The translations under genes and the position numbers were made by a program. A stretch of 64,000 nucleotides of DNA from Octopus sinensis (Eukaryota), in the NCBI RefSeq assembly GCF_006345805.1, contig NC_043010.1, positions 24,056,001 through 24,120,000 of the forward strand. The letters are read 5' to 3'. This document shows, one piece after another, positions 1-12,720 of the stretch. A model generated the notes under the pieces. It searched no databases, was not told the origin of the DNA, and saw nothing but the letters and a program-made list of their open reading frames with translations. Every line of letters begins with the position of its first letter. Position 1 is the first letter of the stretch.

Positions 1-1430
1 GATTGAGATGTCTTCCCATACCTGTTCTTGTAGACTTTTATAGTCATCTTGGGTGCGTTTGATCCACACTGCATTTTCATTGTATGGTTTCTCATCACTC
101 CAGATCCCCTTCCAAAAGTTTTCAACTTCTTCCATTAGGGGTGGATTTTCAATGGTTATTTTTTTTCTTTCTCTATTTCCCTGTAAAATGATTTGGCATT
201 GGATTTGAACATCTTATTTTGTTTGTAGAATTTGATTCTTTTCTCAAATCTGCGGATTCTCTGAGCTTTTGCTTGAACTTTTTGTTTAAGTGCTTCTTTC
301 GCTGACATTAGTTCTTCTCTTGTTGAGTGTCCATATTTTCTCACAATCTTCCTGCATTTTCTTGATCTTACATCATTTTCAGAGATTAGCTCAGTTAATA
401 TTGATATCTCCCTTCGCAATGATTCAATTTCAGTTTCAATTCTACTCCTCCAGTTTGATTTTCTTTTCGAATTTGGTATTTTTGGCTTTTTTGGGTGTTA
501 AACAGCGTCTTTCGATTACCTTAGCGACAGAGTAAATAATTTCATTGAATTTATTAAGATCGGGTTTTAGTTGGTGTATGATTTCTTGTGTAACGCAGTT
601 GCCAATTTTTATTTGTGTTTTATGTTGGTGTGCATTTGAGAGTTTATGGAGTGGTTCCCTATCATTCATAGTTGTATGGCCTACAACTGCAATCTCATTC
701 AGAACTTCTTGCTTCATTTCAATTATAGATTTTCTGTGTTGTTTAACAAACATGTAGTCTTCAAATTCTGCTTCGACATCATTTTCCAGGCTGTTTTTTC
801 CAGGGTCATTATATTTTCCTTTTCCTTCAGGATCTTGAGTCGTTTCGGCAGATGGTCGCCTTTCAGTCAATGCTTGTGGCTCAGCTTAGTTATTTCTTTC
901 CTGACTTACATTTAGGTCATTCTCTGCCACTTTTCTAATAGAGGTTAATTCTGCATCTGTGAGTCTAGTATTTCTGAAGATATCTCTTCTAACATTTGCT
1001 AACTTGTTTTCATCCAGGTTTGGTCTGCTAGCTCCAAATTCTGTAGGAGTTTGCGGTGTGTTTCTCTCGGGTTGGCCTACTTAATGCAAAGTAATAAGCA
1101 TATATTACTTCTTTATATTCTTCCCGGTTCCATTTAGTTCTTTTACTTTTTTGATTTTCTGGTCGTTGTGGTGGTGAACTTTGGGGGCTTAATTTGGGAC
1201 AAATCCCGATTAAGTGACCTTCCAGGTTCGTATTCGGGGAAGATAGTCTGCCATTTGGAAATTTTTCGCCATCAGGCTGGCAGCCTCCTAGCGGGCGCGC
1301 TTCCTGTATAACCATTGGACAAGCGATTCAGTGTACTGTTAGAAATTTTCTTTTCAAGTAAAGTTAAATTATTATTAAGTTTTCATTAAAAAAAACCCCC
1401 ACTAATCTTCACACAGGGGCCTCATTTATA
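1..1430 (-). mobile_element. R4/Dong-like (RLE) non-LTR retrotransposon, 5' part, degraded; runs off left edge
   Basis: Minus-strand fragments KWNREEYKEVIYAYY (1028-1315), ALKQKVQAKAQRIRRFEKRIKFYKQNKMF (156-419) and PPLMEEVENFWKGIW..W (1-155) resemble the N-terminal/pre-RT region of R4/Dong ORFs; stops and frameshifts present; 5' end abuts (ATT)n/(CAT)n. Confidence 0.8.
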
Positions 1431-1483
1431 ATCATTAGCAGCAGCAGCCCCAGTAGTTGTAGCAGCAGCAATATCATCGTCAG

Positions 1484-1576
<93 letters not shown>

Positions 1577-1597
1577 TATTATTATTATTATTATTAC

Positions 1598-1640
<43 letters not shown>

Positions 1641-1683
1641 GTTATTATTATTATTATTATTATCATTATCATCATCATCATCA

Positions 1684-1715
<32 letters not shown>

Positions 1716-1730
1716 GTTGTTGTTGTTATT
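1484..1730. repeat. Compound (ATT)n/(CAT)n/(GTT)n microsatellite
   Basis: Direct sequence. Confidence 0.97.
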
Positions 1731-1734
1731 TATA

Positions 1735-2110
1735 TTATATACATTTGACGGATATTTGTCCTCAACTTGTTTGTTGCTAACACAACGTTTCAGCTCGTAT
1801 GCCCTCTTGGCTTGGGGGGTGTTTTTTTCCAACGGTTGTAATGGATCCTCTCACGAACGAGGGCATGTTCTGCGCTTTCCACTACTCTTCTAACTTTATA
1901 TGAGTTCACTGGTGTCATTATATTCAAGCCAGATAGTATTAGCTTTGAGTCTCTACATCTACGCAGGATGTCTTGGGGACACCTGATGAAGGCTGGAGGG
2001 TAAATCAGCCGAAACGTTGTGTTAGCAACAAACAAGATGAGGACAAATATCAATCATATCTAAATGATGTAAATAATGTACATAATTTTTCATCTCTTAA
2101 ATATAGAACT
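1735..2110. mobile_element. Penelope-like element remnant: inverted terminal-repeat pieces around an ORF N-terminal fragment
   Basis: 1745-1795 is inverted relative to ~2005-2055; between them the minus strand reads LRRCRDSKLILSGL...ESAEHALVRERI, resembling PLE N-termini. Confidence 0.7.
1978..2023 (+). ncRNA. Minimal type I hammerhead ribozyme motif (PLE-type)
   Basis: GACAC-CUGAUGA-A-GGCUG(loop)CAGCC-GAAA-CG-UU/GUGUU: stem I GACAC:GUGUU, stem II GGCUG:CAGCC, palindromic ACGU stem III. Confidence 0.75.
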
Positions 2111-2145
2111 AGATTATTATTATTATTAAATTATTATTATTATTA

Positions 2146-2346
2146 AAGCGGTGAGCTGGGTGAATCGTTAGCAAGCTAGACGAAATGCTTAGCGGGATTC
2201 CGCCCGTCGCTACGTTCTGTGTTTAAATTCCGCCGAGGTCAACTTTGCCTTTCATCCTTTCGGGGTCGAAAAAATAAGTACCAGTGAAACACTGGGGTCG
2301 AAGTAATTGACTCATGCCCTTTCCCCAAATTTCTGGCCTTGTACCT
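2146..2346 (+). mobile_element. tRNA-derived SINE family A
   Basis: Head ggtgagctgg..cgttagc..gaaatgcttagc; central tttgcctttcatcctttcggggtcga..aagtaccag motif shared with >10 copies in the window. Confidence 0.85.
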
Positions 2347-3283
2347 TTCGGTACGGTAGCTCGGAAAACTCATTCTCATCGTTCAGATCAGAATAGAACT
2401 CCTGAATTTGTTGGTGAGATCCAGGCATTGTAAAGCGGGCGGATGAAAAAATTAATACGATTTTTTTTAAATTAAGGGTTAATTGTAAATCGATTTCTAG
2501 CTTAGCGTTATGAAAACATCCTGCCGTTATTAGTACAATATGCCAAAGCGTATAGATGCAAATACCCATACGAACAACATGTCTGCACGACCATTAACAT
2601 ACATTTAAATGTATACGCTGAGAAAAATCTAATTCTTTTCTCGTCCAAAGTTACCTAGTATTATCGGTTGTGTTCTTATATACTTTCAGGGATAAAACCA
2701 CTTTAATGATTTCATCATGCTGACCACTTGATAAAACCATTAAAACGATTTTATACTTAATTTTTTTAAATAAATATTTTTTTCTCCTTATCAAATTGCA
2801 TTCGCTGCGAGATTATTTTGATAAAAAAAACACGTGGTTGAGATGAGAAAAAAATAGATCGTTTACTAGTGTGTACATGTAATGTATATATATGGGCGTG
2901 TGGATAGGTTGTGGGTATGAGTAAATATTTTCATCTATACTCTTCGGCATATTTTACTAATGACAGCAGGCTGTTTTCATAACGCTAAGCTAGGAATCGA
3001 TTTACAATTAACCCTTATTTTCAAAAAGTTTCATTCATTTTTTTTCGTCTTCCCGCGTACAACCTGTTCTAAAGGAGTATAGATGTGGATTTTAGAGCTA
3101 TTTGGCATCTATTTTTAGCATGTTTATGGCGCTTATCCGCACCCTTCAATATAATTATTTTACATAATTATAAATTAGTATAAAATGTTACCTCTAAGGT
3201 CGTGAGTTTAATATCTGGCGATGCAGTGCATCCTTCACGCTGGCCACTTGATAAAATCATCAAAGTAATTTTATCCTGAATTT

Positions 3284-3328
<45 letters not shown>

Positions 3329-4399
3329 ATGTATGTATATGTATATGCGGCTTTGATGGAAGCAACAAGAGAAATACAGCCCATTACATAAGATTATATG
3401 CATCTCATTTAATTGTTAAGTTACTACATCCGAATGTTTCGTGCATTTCACTACGCACGAAACTTTCCTCCCTTGAGTTTCTTACGTAACTTTACAGTTA
3501 AACAATATATATATATACTTACACACTCACACAGACACACACACACACACATACTTGCTCACATACATATATATATATATAGATACACGTATGTACGTAT
3601 CTAGCATGTAGCATTATGAAATATACTCTTGTAACGTATTGCTGGAAGTCATGCTGTGATGTTAATTACATTAGATAATCAGAAACAAAAGACCATTCAT
3701 TTGAATGTGTGATAGGAAATGGAAAGGACAAGCCGTGATAAGTGAGGTGAGGAGAGAACAGAAGATGACTTGACAGGTCTGCGTTCATGGCTAAATTATT
3801 AAGTATATCTGTAAATGAGAATAGCTGGATTAGCAGAGAATATGTTTATCAAGCATGTTAAGGGAATTAACAGATGTGAATGCCAGTTTAAATTGAGAGC
3901 GGATGATAGATGAGCGGTCGATCGTTGAATATAATAAGTAAATATTGAAAGTATGGTGAATTCACAGAGTAAAATGTTATGTAAATTGTTGTGAGGCTAT
4001 TATTGCGGTTGCTGTAGTTATTTTAGCCCCAGTTCAACACTAATTTAGAGATACACCGCTTTTCCCTATGTACAAAGTACCCCAGTGACCCAGACCACAT
4101 TATAAACGTGTACTTTTCAGGACAGTGGAGTACAATTTATATATAGCTGTTATTTCTAGCAAGCGTCGTTCCCTACTCCAAGGGCTTGTGTTAATGTGAA
4201 TTATATCAACAAAAACCATTGTTTTAGTATGTGTTGGCGCTAGCAGCGTCTGCCTTTATGGTCTCTGCTGCTGAAGAGGAAATAACCACTCCGAAATGCA
4301 TACATCCAACATCCTAGTTAGATAGCGCTGTGAACTGACTCGGTATGTTTACACTTGTCTACAGCGTGGAATTTTCTCCATTACAAAAAAACAGTGAAT

Positions 4400-4620
4400 G
4401 GCAGACGAAATACCGCTAAGCATTTCACCCTGCTGCTAACGTTTCTGCCCGCTCGCCGCCTTTGCAAAGCGCCAGTCTCGTCACACTCTGTGTCATGCTG
4501 AATCTCCTTGAGAACTACGTTTAGTGTACGTGTGTCTGTGGAGTGCTCAGCCTCGTTCACGTTAATTTCACGCGCAAGATGCTGTGGATCAACTGGAAAT
4601 CTTATTGAAACCGACGGAGT
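4400..4620. mobile_element. SINE A head (minus) next to SINE B 3' part (plus)
   Basis: Similarity to the other copies in the window. Confidence 0.65.
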
Positions 4621-5204
4621 ACCAATTACTGCGTATGATTTTTATTCCTTCACTCCTGGAAATAAGATCGGACAATTGCCGTGCTGATGATGGCTATGAA
4701 GCCAGAAACAACCGTATACGACTAGCCTATTTTCTTCAGACAATAACCTGTATTAGTCCTTAATGGCATTTCAATTAATAGTCCTTAATGGTATGTCAAC
4801 TTAGAAACAACCTGATTCTTTAAGATTACCTTTCCTTTTCATATGGAACTATTCTCAATCGCCATTTGGCGGTTGAAACACATCCAAAGGAGGCTGAGAG
4901 AAATCTAATAAATCAGCAATTTATGTTGTATGGCATTTGATATACCTGTATTTGACTATTTTCTTCATTTGCATGCGACTGATTACCCAGAGTTCTCTGA
5001 ACTCAAACGGCAACACAGAATCTCCGATGCTTTTCGAATCTTATTTATTTCTCATCTATGTTTGCCGAATTGCTATGTTACCCTGTTTACTCAAAAGCAC
5101 TTCATTTTAAGAGTAAACACACAACACACATACACACACATATGCGTTTGATAAATACCATGTAGGAAACTCTAGGCACCTGAGTCACCTCTGTAACTTA
5201 ACAC

Positions 5205-5261
5205 ATGCACATACATATACAAACATACATATATATACTCACATACATACATACATACATG

Positions 5262-5293
<32 letters not shown>

Positions 5294-5815
5294 CATACAT
5301 GCATACGTACGTACGTACATGCACACATACATACATACATACATACATACATACATACATACATACATACATACATACATACATACATACATACATACAT
5401 ACATGTAAAACTTTCCAGTAGTTTATCATTTAAGTATATAAGAGCATATCTAGATATGCAAGTATATGTATGAGAAGACACATAAAACAAAACATACAAA
5501 TCTGAACGTGCACTGATTCCAAATACTGCATATATACACACATATATACAAAAGTACTCTGATGATGTTGAAATTCCAATGAAGGAGCCTTGGATCTAAG
5601 TTAGAAACCGGCTCTTTCTGTATTGGCAAGAAATCTTGAAATATAACTGAATAGTATACATACATACATACATACATACATACATACATACATACATACA
5701 TGCATGCATACATACATACATACATACATACATACATACATGCATGCATGCATACATACATACATACATACATACATACATACATACATACATACATACA
5801 TACATACATACATAC
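5205..5815. repeat. Two (CATA)n tracts (~5205-5402, ~5657-5815) around a short unique/PLE-like segment
   Basis: Direct sequence. Confidence 0.9.
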
Positions 5816-6519
5816 TTAAATACATATATACATACAGTCAGATAGACTGACAGACACACAGACATATATGGATGCTGTTATATTTATCTTTAATATAAAT
5901 AGTGTTTGTGGCTAAAATCTATGGTGTGACCAATGTGGTATGATGAGAGATTACTTGACTATTGCAAATCTAAATATCATTCGACTCACTTCATTTACCT
6001 TCGCCACGTAATTTCACGTTGAGATATGAAAATTCTGTAAACGAATAGATATTTCTTCGTGTAGGTGATTGTGCCACTTCGTATAAAATGATATCAAAAA
6101 TTAGCGTGCTGCGAATCTTATAGTTCTCCATAGCAGATCAAACAACGAGGCTGATGATCAACTGTTTTCCACCGGTGACCATCCTGTCTTTTTTTTGTCA
6201 GTTAGCTAAGATTATGTCATTTAATGTGTGTTCATTATTGAAACTGCGATGTAATTTAAGCGAGATTTGGCTGCTATTTCTGGTTGAGCCATGTGTTCTT
6301 ATTATTGATAGTTTCAAATAGGAAGCGATGGCAATAAAAACAATAAAAGAGCCAAGAATGTTTTAAATCAGATTTTACATACTTTTAGCATTGAGGTCGA
6401 TGCGATAGTCTACTGTATAGTTATAAATTAAAGAGGTGGAGAAAGAGCAGTATCCATAATTGCGTGTAAAAGGCTTTTGAGGCGGGTAAAAAAAAAGAAA
6501 CTAGAAGGAAGTAAAGGAA

Positions 6520-6810
6520 CGTGGCTTAGTAGTTAGGTGTATTTGGTTCTGGATCGTTAAGTCGTGGTTTCGATTACCGAGGGCATGTTGTGATCATGAG
6601 CAAGATATTTTATTTCACTTTTCTCCATTTCACTCAGCTGGCAAAAACAAGGCCAGCCATGTTGCATTCTGTGTCAGGTTGACTCTCTCTAAGAACTACG
6701 TTAACGGTGCTTTGTCTGTGGACTGCACAGCTACTTGCACGTTAACTTCACGAAGAAGCTGTTCCTTTGATCGGGTCAACTAGAACCCTCGTTGCCCAGA
6801 CTGATGGGGT
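6520..6810 (+). mobile_element. Diverged SINE family B copy
   Basis: Degenerate tRNA-like head (gtggcttagtagttagg..ggtttcgatt) and 3' part similar to 10970-11345. Confidence 0.6.
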
Positions 6811-6977
6811 GCCAATTACAGGGAAGTGACCACAAATCAAAGCTTACAGTCGTAGGAAAAAGCGTTTCAAAGCATCAGGTTTCCATGAGACATGAAACGT
6901 GGATCAAATGTTTGCAACCCAGGAAACTTTTCTAAAGGCACCCACAGCACACATGCATTATATTCAGTGCTCTAAGG

Positions 6978-7238
6978 CAGTGGTTCCCAAACGTTTTCTG
7001 ACTACAGCCCCCTTGACATCCGGGCCATATTCCTAGCACCCCCACCCCAACTAACCACCACAAACCTCTTTCTGAAGCAAATTCAAAGTAACTGTGTTTC
7101 ACAAATAAAACTTAACCCAATATTTTGTTGTCTTTACATGAATTTCCACCCTATTATCACCCTACTTTTCTTCAACACCCCTTTGGAACTTTCCACTATC
7201 TCCATGGGAGGCAATACCGTCCACTTTCGGAACCACTG
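6978..7238. mobile_element. hAT (Charlie-like) MITE
   Basis: TIRs cagtggttcccaaa / tttcggaaccactg; 8-bp TSD ctctaagg (6970-6977) / ctctgagg (7239-7246). Confidence 0.85.
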
Positions 7239-7243
7239 CTCTG

Positions 7244-7445
7244 AGGCAGCGAGTTGGCAGAATCGTTAGCATACCGGAGAAAGTGCTTAGCGACATTTCG
7301 TCCGTCTGTACATTCTGAGTTGAAACTCCACCGAGATAATCTTTGCCTTTTATCCTTTCGAGGTCGATTAACTAAGTACCACTGGTTCCTCTGGGGTCGA
7401 TGTAATCGACTAACTCCATCCCCCAAAATTGTTGGCCTTGAAGCC
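7244..7445 (+). mobile_element. SINE family A
   Basis: Same head and central motif. Confidence 0.85.
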
Positions 7446-7696
7446 GATGTATTAAGTACTCCACCGAAGAACATTTACATTCGATTTGGATGGTCTTCCG
7501 CATAGTCTCCACCAATCCAGTGTCACTAAAAAGACTTGAAACATATCAATGCTACGCCCAAAACGCCATGGAGTAAGATTGAAGCCGGGGTTAGGGTTGT
7601 ATTGTAGAATAAACTCCTAACCACATGACCAAGTCTGCGCTGATTGAACGTAAACAGATTAGATTGTCTGAACACACATGTGTTTCAAATTTTAAC

Positions 7697-7865
7697 AGAA
7701 ATTTCGCCCCAACTCCCACCGTCCAGCGATCCACTAGGAGTTATTTTATCGACCTCGAAAGGATGAAAAGCAAAGTCGAACCCGGCGGAATTTGAACTGA
7801 GAAGGTAAAGCCGGACGAAATACCACTAAGCTTTTCGTCCGGCTTGATGACGATTCTATCAGCAT
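7697..7865 (-). mobile_element. SINE family A
   Basis: Reverse complement of the central motif and head. Confidence 0.8.
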
Positions 7866-8263
7866 ACGGTATTTGTCTGAACAAATACTAAACAGAATCA
7901 GTGATTGTTATATAACTCTGACACCGAGTAAAGTATCGATGGGTGATCTGAACTATCACCTATCAATCGGTAGGCGGGCTTTCAATCGACTCGAACGGCG
8001 GCGAAGGACACCCAGCACTTTGCTTTTAATTAATTTGATCACATGCTCTCATTAATTTAATTACGTGCTTCCATTAATTCGATCACGTGCATATTTTAAT
8101 TTACGTTTCAATAGCAAAATCATAATTTAAAGGAAAATTAAATATTCTTAAATACACACAGCGGTTATTTTACACTTCACGCCCATTCAGTAAGACACTC
8201 TTGAAATAGTTTCGTATATCGCCTCTTCTGCACACATTGTAATCACCTCTCTCACTCGCTCTC

Positions 8264-8310
<47 letters not shown>

Positions 8311-8313
8311 GGC

Positions 8314-8348
<35 letters not shown>

Positions 8349-8351
<3 letters not shown>

Positions 8352-10110
8352 AAAATATAAATATATGAAAGAATGGAGCTGAACGACGAATTAACAAAAT
8401 TCCTTTATTTTCGACATATGTTTCGAAGGCTGCATATTCCTGTTTTCATTTGTAATCCATACGTTTCCATTATTTTCTTAATTTCCAAGTTGGCTTGTCT
8501 GAGTGTATTCTTATTTGTTGTTCTGTAATTCTTCTGTATTCCTTTCTTGAGCATTTCTAAATACTGTTTTTTTTGCTAGCTTCTATGTGTTCCTGGTTTT
8601 ATCTGATTGGACAAGGATAGCGTCTAAACTGTTTATATCTTTGGTGACTTTATTGAGGTATCTAAGGTGTTTATTCCTAAGGGGCGATTTACGGAATTTA
8701 ATGCTCTTCACAATGTCCCACAGGTCGTCCTCAAATTTCTTCAGTCTGGTATTAGGTGGAGGGGTTTCCCTCGACTTCAATAACTTCTTATATTCGGAAG
8801 ATGTTTCGGTACCGTTCTGTTTTATATTCCCATTATCATGGAAGAAAGCGAGCCATCTGATTCGGTTGATGAATGCATTTGTTTTGTTGACAATTTCCTT
8901 AAGGAAGGTTTCTTTTGGTGGTATTGGTATGTCCTTAAGGGATGCGTTAATCTCGAACAACGCCATTTGCGGTATCGGTTATGGTAGCAGGATCTCAAGG
9001 AGGCTGTATATGAATATTTGAGTAGTTGAATGAATTATCTTATTAAGGATAATTCGAATTAACCGATACCTGGGTAGCAAATTCACATCAGAAAAAACAC
9101 GGTTGTAGTTACGTGCCTAGGGCATAGATTACGTGCTTTCGTGTGGAAATTTGTATGTATATTTTGAAAATATAAATATATGAAAGAATGGAGCTGAACG
9201 ACGAATTAACAAAATTCCTTTATTTTCGACATATGTTTCGAAGGCTGCATATTCCTAATTGCGAAGGAATAAGGAGTACATTATGCCGCTTTCTCATCGG
9301 GAAAAGCAAGGAACTTATGTCAACATCAAAATGCACAAAAAACTTTCAGATGATTGCTCACACGGAGCCCATAGCGGTAATGAGTGTCTCTTTAAAATAT
9401 TCCTTTATAAGGAGTGACGTCAAAGTGGTTGAAAGTAGAAGAATATAGAAGGTCCTAAAGGTTCAAGGGTTCAAACGAAGTTGGAGGAGAGAGGCAATAG
9501 AATAGGAAGGTGAAAGGGTGCAGGTCGTATGAATGGTGGATTTTGTTAATTTCTTTTGTGAATGAGTGCCTGTGTGTGTGACTGTATATAACTGCATTAA
9601 TGTGTGTGTGTATGTATGTGTATGCGTGATTGTGTATGTGGATGGGTAAATGTCAGAAAAGAGACAGTGGTGAGGTGAGATGTTTGTGTCTGTGTGTTTG
9701 ATTGTGCTTACTATAGAAAGAGGGAAATAGAGAGAGAAAGAGAGAGAAAGAGGAGGCGAGGTAGAGGGACTAAGGCAACAACCACACTGGATTGGGTAGT
9801 AGTTCTTTGAAAGTATAAAAAAGAATTTTATGACTATGGGGGTGACATATATAAACAAAGGAAGTTATATTAATTAGAATTCAAGGGGTTATCTATATTA
9901 ATCATTATACATATGAGTGAAAGGTGTATTTTTGCCAGTGCATGCACCTGTATGACCTCTCGACGATTGTATTTATTAAAGGGACTTTGGCGAACAAAAT
10001 ATGAAAAAGTTGGGAATTACAGATGCCACAAAGTTTTCTGCCCTTATCAAACGGAAAGGACACCGACAATATGGACCATTCCAGCTTGAAAGTTGTATTG
10101 CTGTCCTTCA
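8349..10110 (-). mobile_element. Penelope-like element, partial tandem remnant (EN C-terminus, pLTR, ORF N-terminus, partial pLTR)
   Basis: 9905-10111 KDSNTTFKLEWSIL..PF.KG.KLC.IC resembles the PLE GIY-YIG C-terminal Cys motif; 8583-8966 ASLKDIPIP..FLKEI..K..AFINRIRWLAFF resembles a PLE N-terminus; 93-bp direct repeat 8349-8441 = 9164-9256. Confidence 0.8.
9223..9305 (-). ncRNA. Hammerhead ribozyme motif in PLE pLTR, core variant (U4C)
   Basis: UUUUC-CCGAUGA-long stem II-GAAA-C-AUAU-G-UC/GAAAA; palindromic ACAUAUGU stem III. Confidence 0.55.
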
Positions 10111-10969
10111 CACGCCAAACTAATTTACTTAGTCCCGTGCTGTGTTGTTTTCTCTTATCTCGGAAAGTTGAATAATGATTGGAGATCCGTTGGGCTAATA
10201 TATATATATTCAGAAGAAGTTATATATATATATATATATATATCTGCCTCTCTCTCTCACACACACGCCCACACACACATGCACGCACACACACGCACAC
10301 ACACACGAACGCACACACGTACACACGCGCCCACACACTCCTCTGTTAATTTCTCTCTCTTCTCCCCTCTTTCTTCTCCCCTCTCTCTTCTCCCCCTCTC
10401 TCTCTCTCTCTCTCTTTTCTTCTCTCATGCAGTATATTAAACTATTGACAACTGCATTAGACATCTCATTGTAGGTTCCTCATAATTTTAATTTCGATAA
10501 GTAATCTATATTACAGACGTCTATTGTGTAAATTTGAATCATATTGTCAATACAATATCTATTTGGGTTTCGGCTGTCCTCCATTTTATCTCTATTTGTA
10601 AGCAGCTAGAAGGCAAACATATTTCATTTTCAATAAGCGAAGTCTGTTTCCCATCGCCGGTTGTTTACAACAAAGTAAGATTGATTTTCGCATAGATTAA
10701 ATTATGGGTGCTATTTCAAACTCCATTTGATTGGATTTCGTTGAGTAATTAAGCGGTAGGATTGTTAGTAGATCAGTTTCAAATAAGATGTGTAGTCATC
10801 TGAAATTAGTAACATAAAAAGAAAACGAAAGCTCGAGAAAATATCGTAATGTTATTAATGGTGTATATCATATCTGTATTACATACAAATAAATGTGGTG
10901 AATTAGCTTCTTAATAGCAATCTAAGATACCTATGAAATACAGAGTCTTTATATGATATGTATTTAAGC

Positions 10970-11345
10970 GTGGAGGCGCAATAGCCCAGTGGTTGGGGCA
11001 GCGGACTCGCGGTCATCGGATCGCAGTTTTGATTCCGAGACCGAGCGTTGTGTCTATTGAGCGAAAACACCTAAAGCTCCACGAGGCTCCGGCTGGGGAG
11101 GGGGTGAGTCCTGCTGTACTCTTTCACCACAATTTTCTCTCACTCTTTCTTCCTGTTTCTGTTGTACTTGTATTTCAAAAGGCTAGCCTTGTCACACTCT
11201 GTGTCACGCTGAATCTCCCCGAGAACTACATTAGGGGTACACATGTCTGTGGATAGCTCAGTCACTTGTACGTTGATTTGACGAGCAAGCTGGCCCGTTG
11301 AGTGTATCAGCTGGGACCCTCGTCGTCCTAACCGAGGGAGTGCTC
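10970..11345 (+). mobile_element. tRNA-derived SINE family B, near full length
   Basis: Head gtggaggcgcaatagcccagtggtt..gcggactcgcgg..gattcc; body cacctaaagctccacgaggctccggc shared with other copies. Confidence 0.85.
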
Positions 11346-11347
11346 CT

Positions 11348-11405
<58 letters not shown>

Positions 11406-11406
<1 letters not shown>

Positions 11407-11898
11407 TAGCAGTATCGCCCGGCGTTGCTCGGGTTTGTAAGGGAAATAACTATATAAGCATTTTTAGATGCCAATTCGGGCTTTCTTAGCCATTTTTGTT
11501 TTGGTGTCTTCAAGCCATGAAGTCGTTGTTCTAAAAGAACGCTGGTCTCCTTCACAACGCATTACGACGTTGATTTCTTTACACTCCCTTCCCCACAGCT
11601 TCACGAGGGAGGGAAGGGGGAGAAGCAAACAGGTGCAGCTGTGAGCGTGGACGCCAACTCCGCCGCCATCGACACACGATGCATTTTATGCATTAAAATG
11701 GAATAAAAAATGATGTTAAATTATTTTTTAAATCGTAGACTCATCGTTGACGCGCGCTAATAGTCAGACGGGCTCGATATGAATCACGACTATAAGATAC
11801 TCGAATTTGGTTAAACTGCACCGCAAAATGTGGGAGGAGTTAGGAATCTAAATCGAAGGGGACAGACACTCACACAACTAGAGTTTTATATATATAGA
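11406..11898 (-). mobile_element. Non-autonomous Helitron, copy 1
   Basis: Minus strand starts A^TC and ends CTAG^T, with subterminal hairpin cccgagcaacgccggg; lies in (TA)n. Confidence 0.85.
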
Positions 11899-11924
11899 TA
11901 TATATATATATATACACATATATA

Positions 11925-12418
11925 CTAGCAGTATCGCCCGGCGTTGCTCGGGTTTGTAAGGGAAATAACTATATAAGCATTTTTAGATGCCAATTCGGGC
12001 TTTCTTAGCCATTTTTGTTTTGGTGTCTTCAAGCCATGAAGTCGTTGTTCTAAAAGAACGCTGGTCTCCTTCACAACGCATTACGACGTTGATTTCTTTA
12101 CACTCCCTTCCCCACAGCTTCACGAGGGAGGGAAGGGGGAGAAGCAAACAGGTGCAGCTGTGAGCGTGGACGCCAACTCCGCCGCCATCGACACACGATG
12201 CATTTTATGCATTAAAATGGAATAAAAAAATGATGTTAAATTATTTTTTAAATCGTAGACCCATCGTTGACGCGCGCTAATAGTCAGACGGGCTCGATAT
12301 AAATCACGACTATAAGATACTCGAATTTGGTTAAACTGCACCGCAAAATGTGGGAGGAGTTAGGAATCTAAATCGAAGGGGACAGACACTCACACAACTA
12401 GAGTTTTATATATATAGA
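11925..12418 (-). mobile_element. Non-autonomous Helitron, copy 2
   Basis: Near-identical to copy 1 (3 differences seen), same termini. Confidence 0.85.
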
Positions 12419-12450
12419 TATATATATATATATACACAAATCGCACATAT

Positions 12451-12720
12451 GTGGAGGCACAATGGCCCAGTGGTTAGGGTAGCGAACTCGCGGTCATAGG
12501 ATCACAATTTCGATTCCCAGAGCGAACGTTGTGAGTGTTTATTGAGATAAAACACCTAAAGCTCCACGAGACTCCGGCAGGGGCTGGTGGCGAACTCTGC
12601 TGTATCACGCTGAATCTTCCCCCGAGATCTACGTTAAGGGTACACGTGTTTGTGTAGTGCCCAGCCACTTGCACGTTAATTTCACGAGCAGGCTGTTCCG
12701 TTATCGTCGCAACCGACGCA
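12451..12720 (+). mobile_element. SINE family B with internal deletion
   Basis: Same head and 3' part as 10970-11345. Confidence 0.8.

Noticed and set aside
5559-5615. CUGAUGA ... GAAACCGGCUC hammerhead-like words
   Set aside because: No consistent stem I or stem II could be folded.
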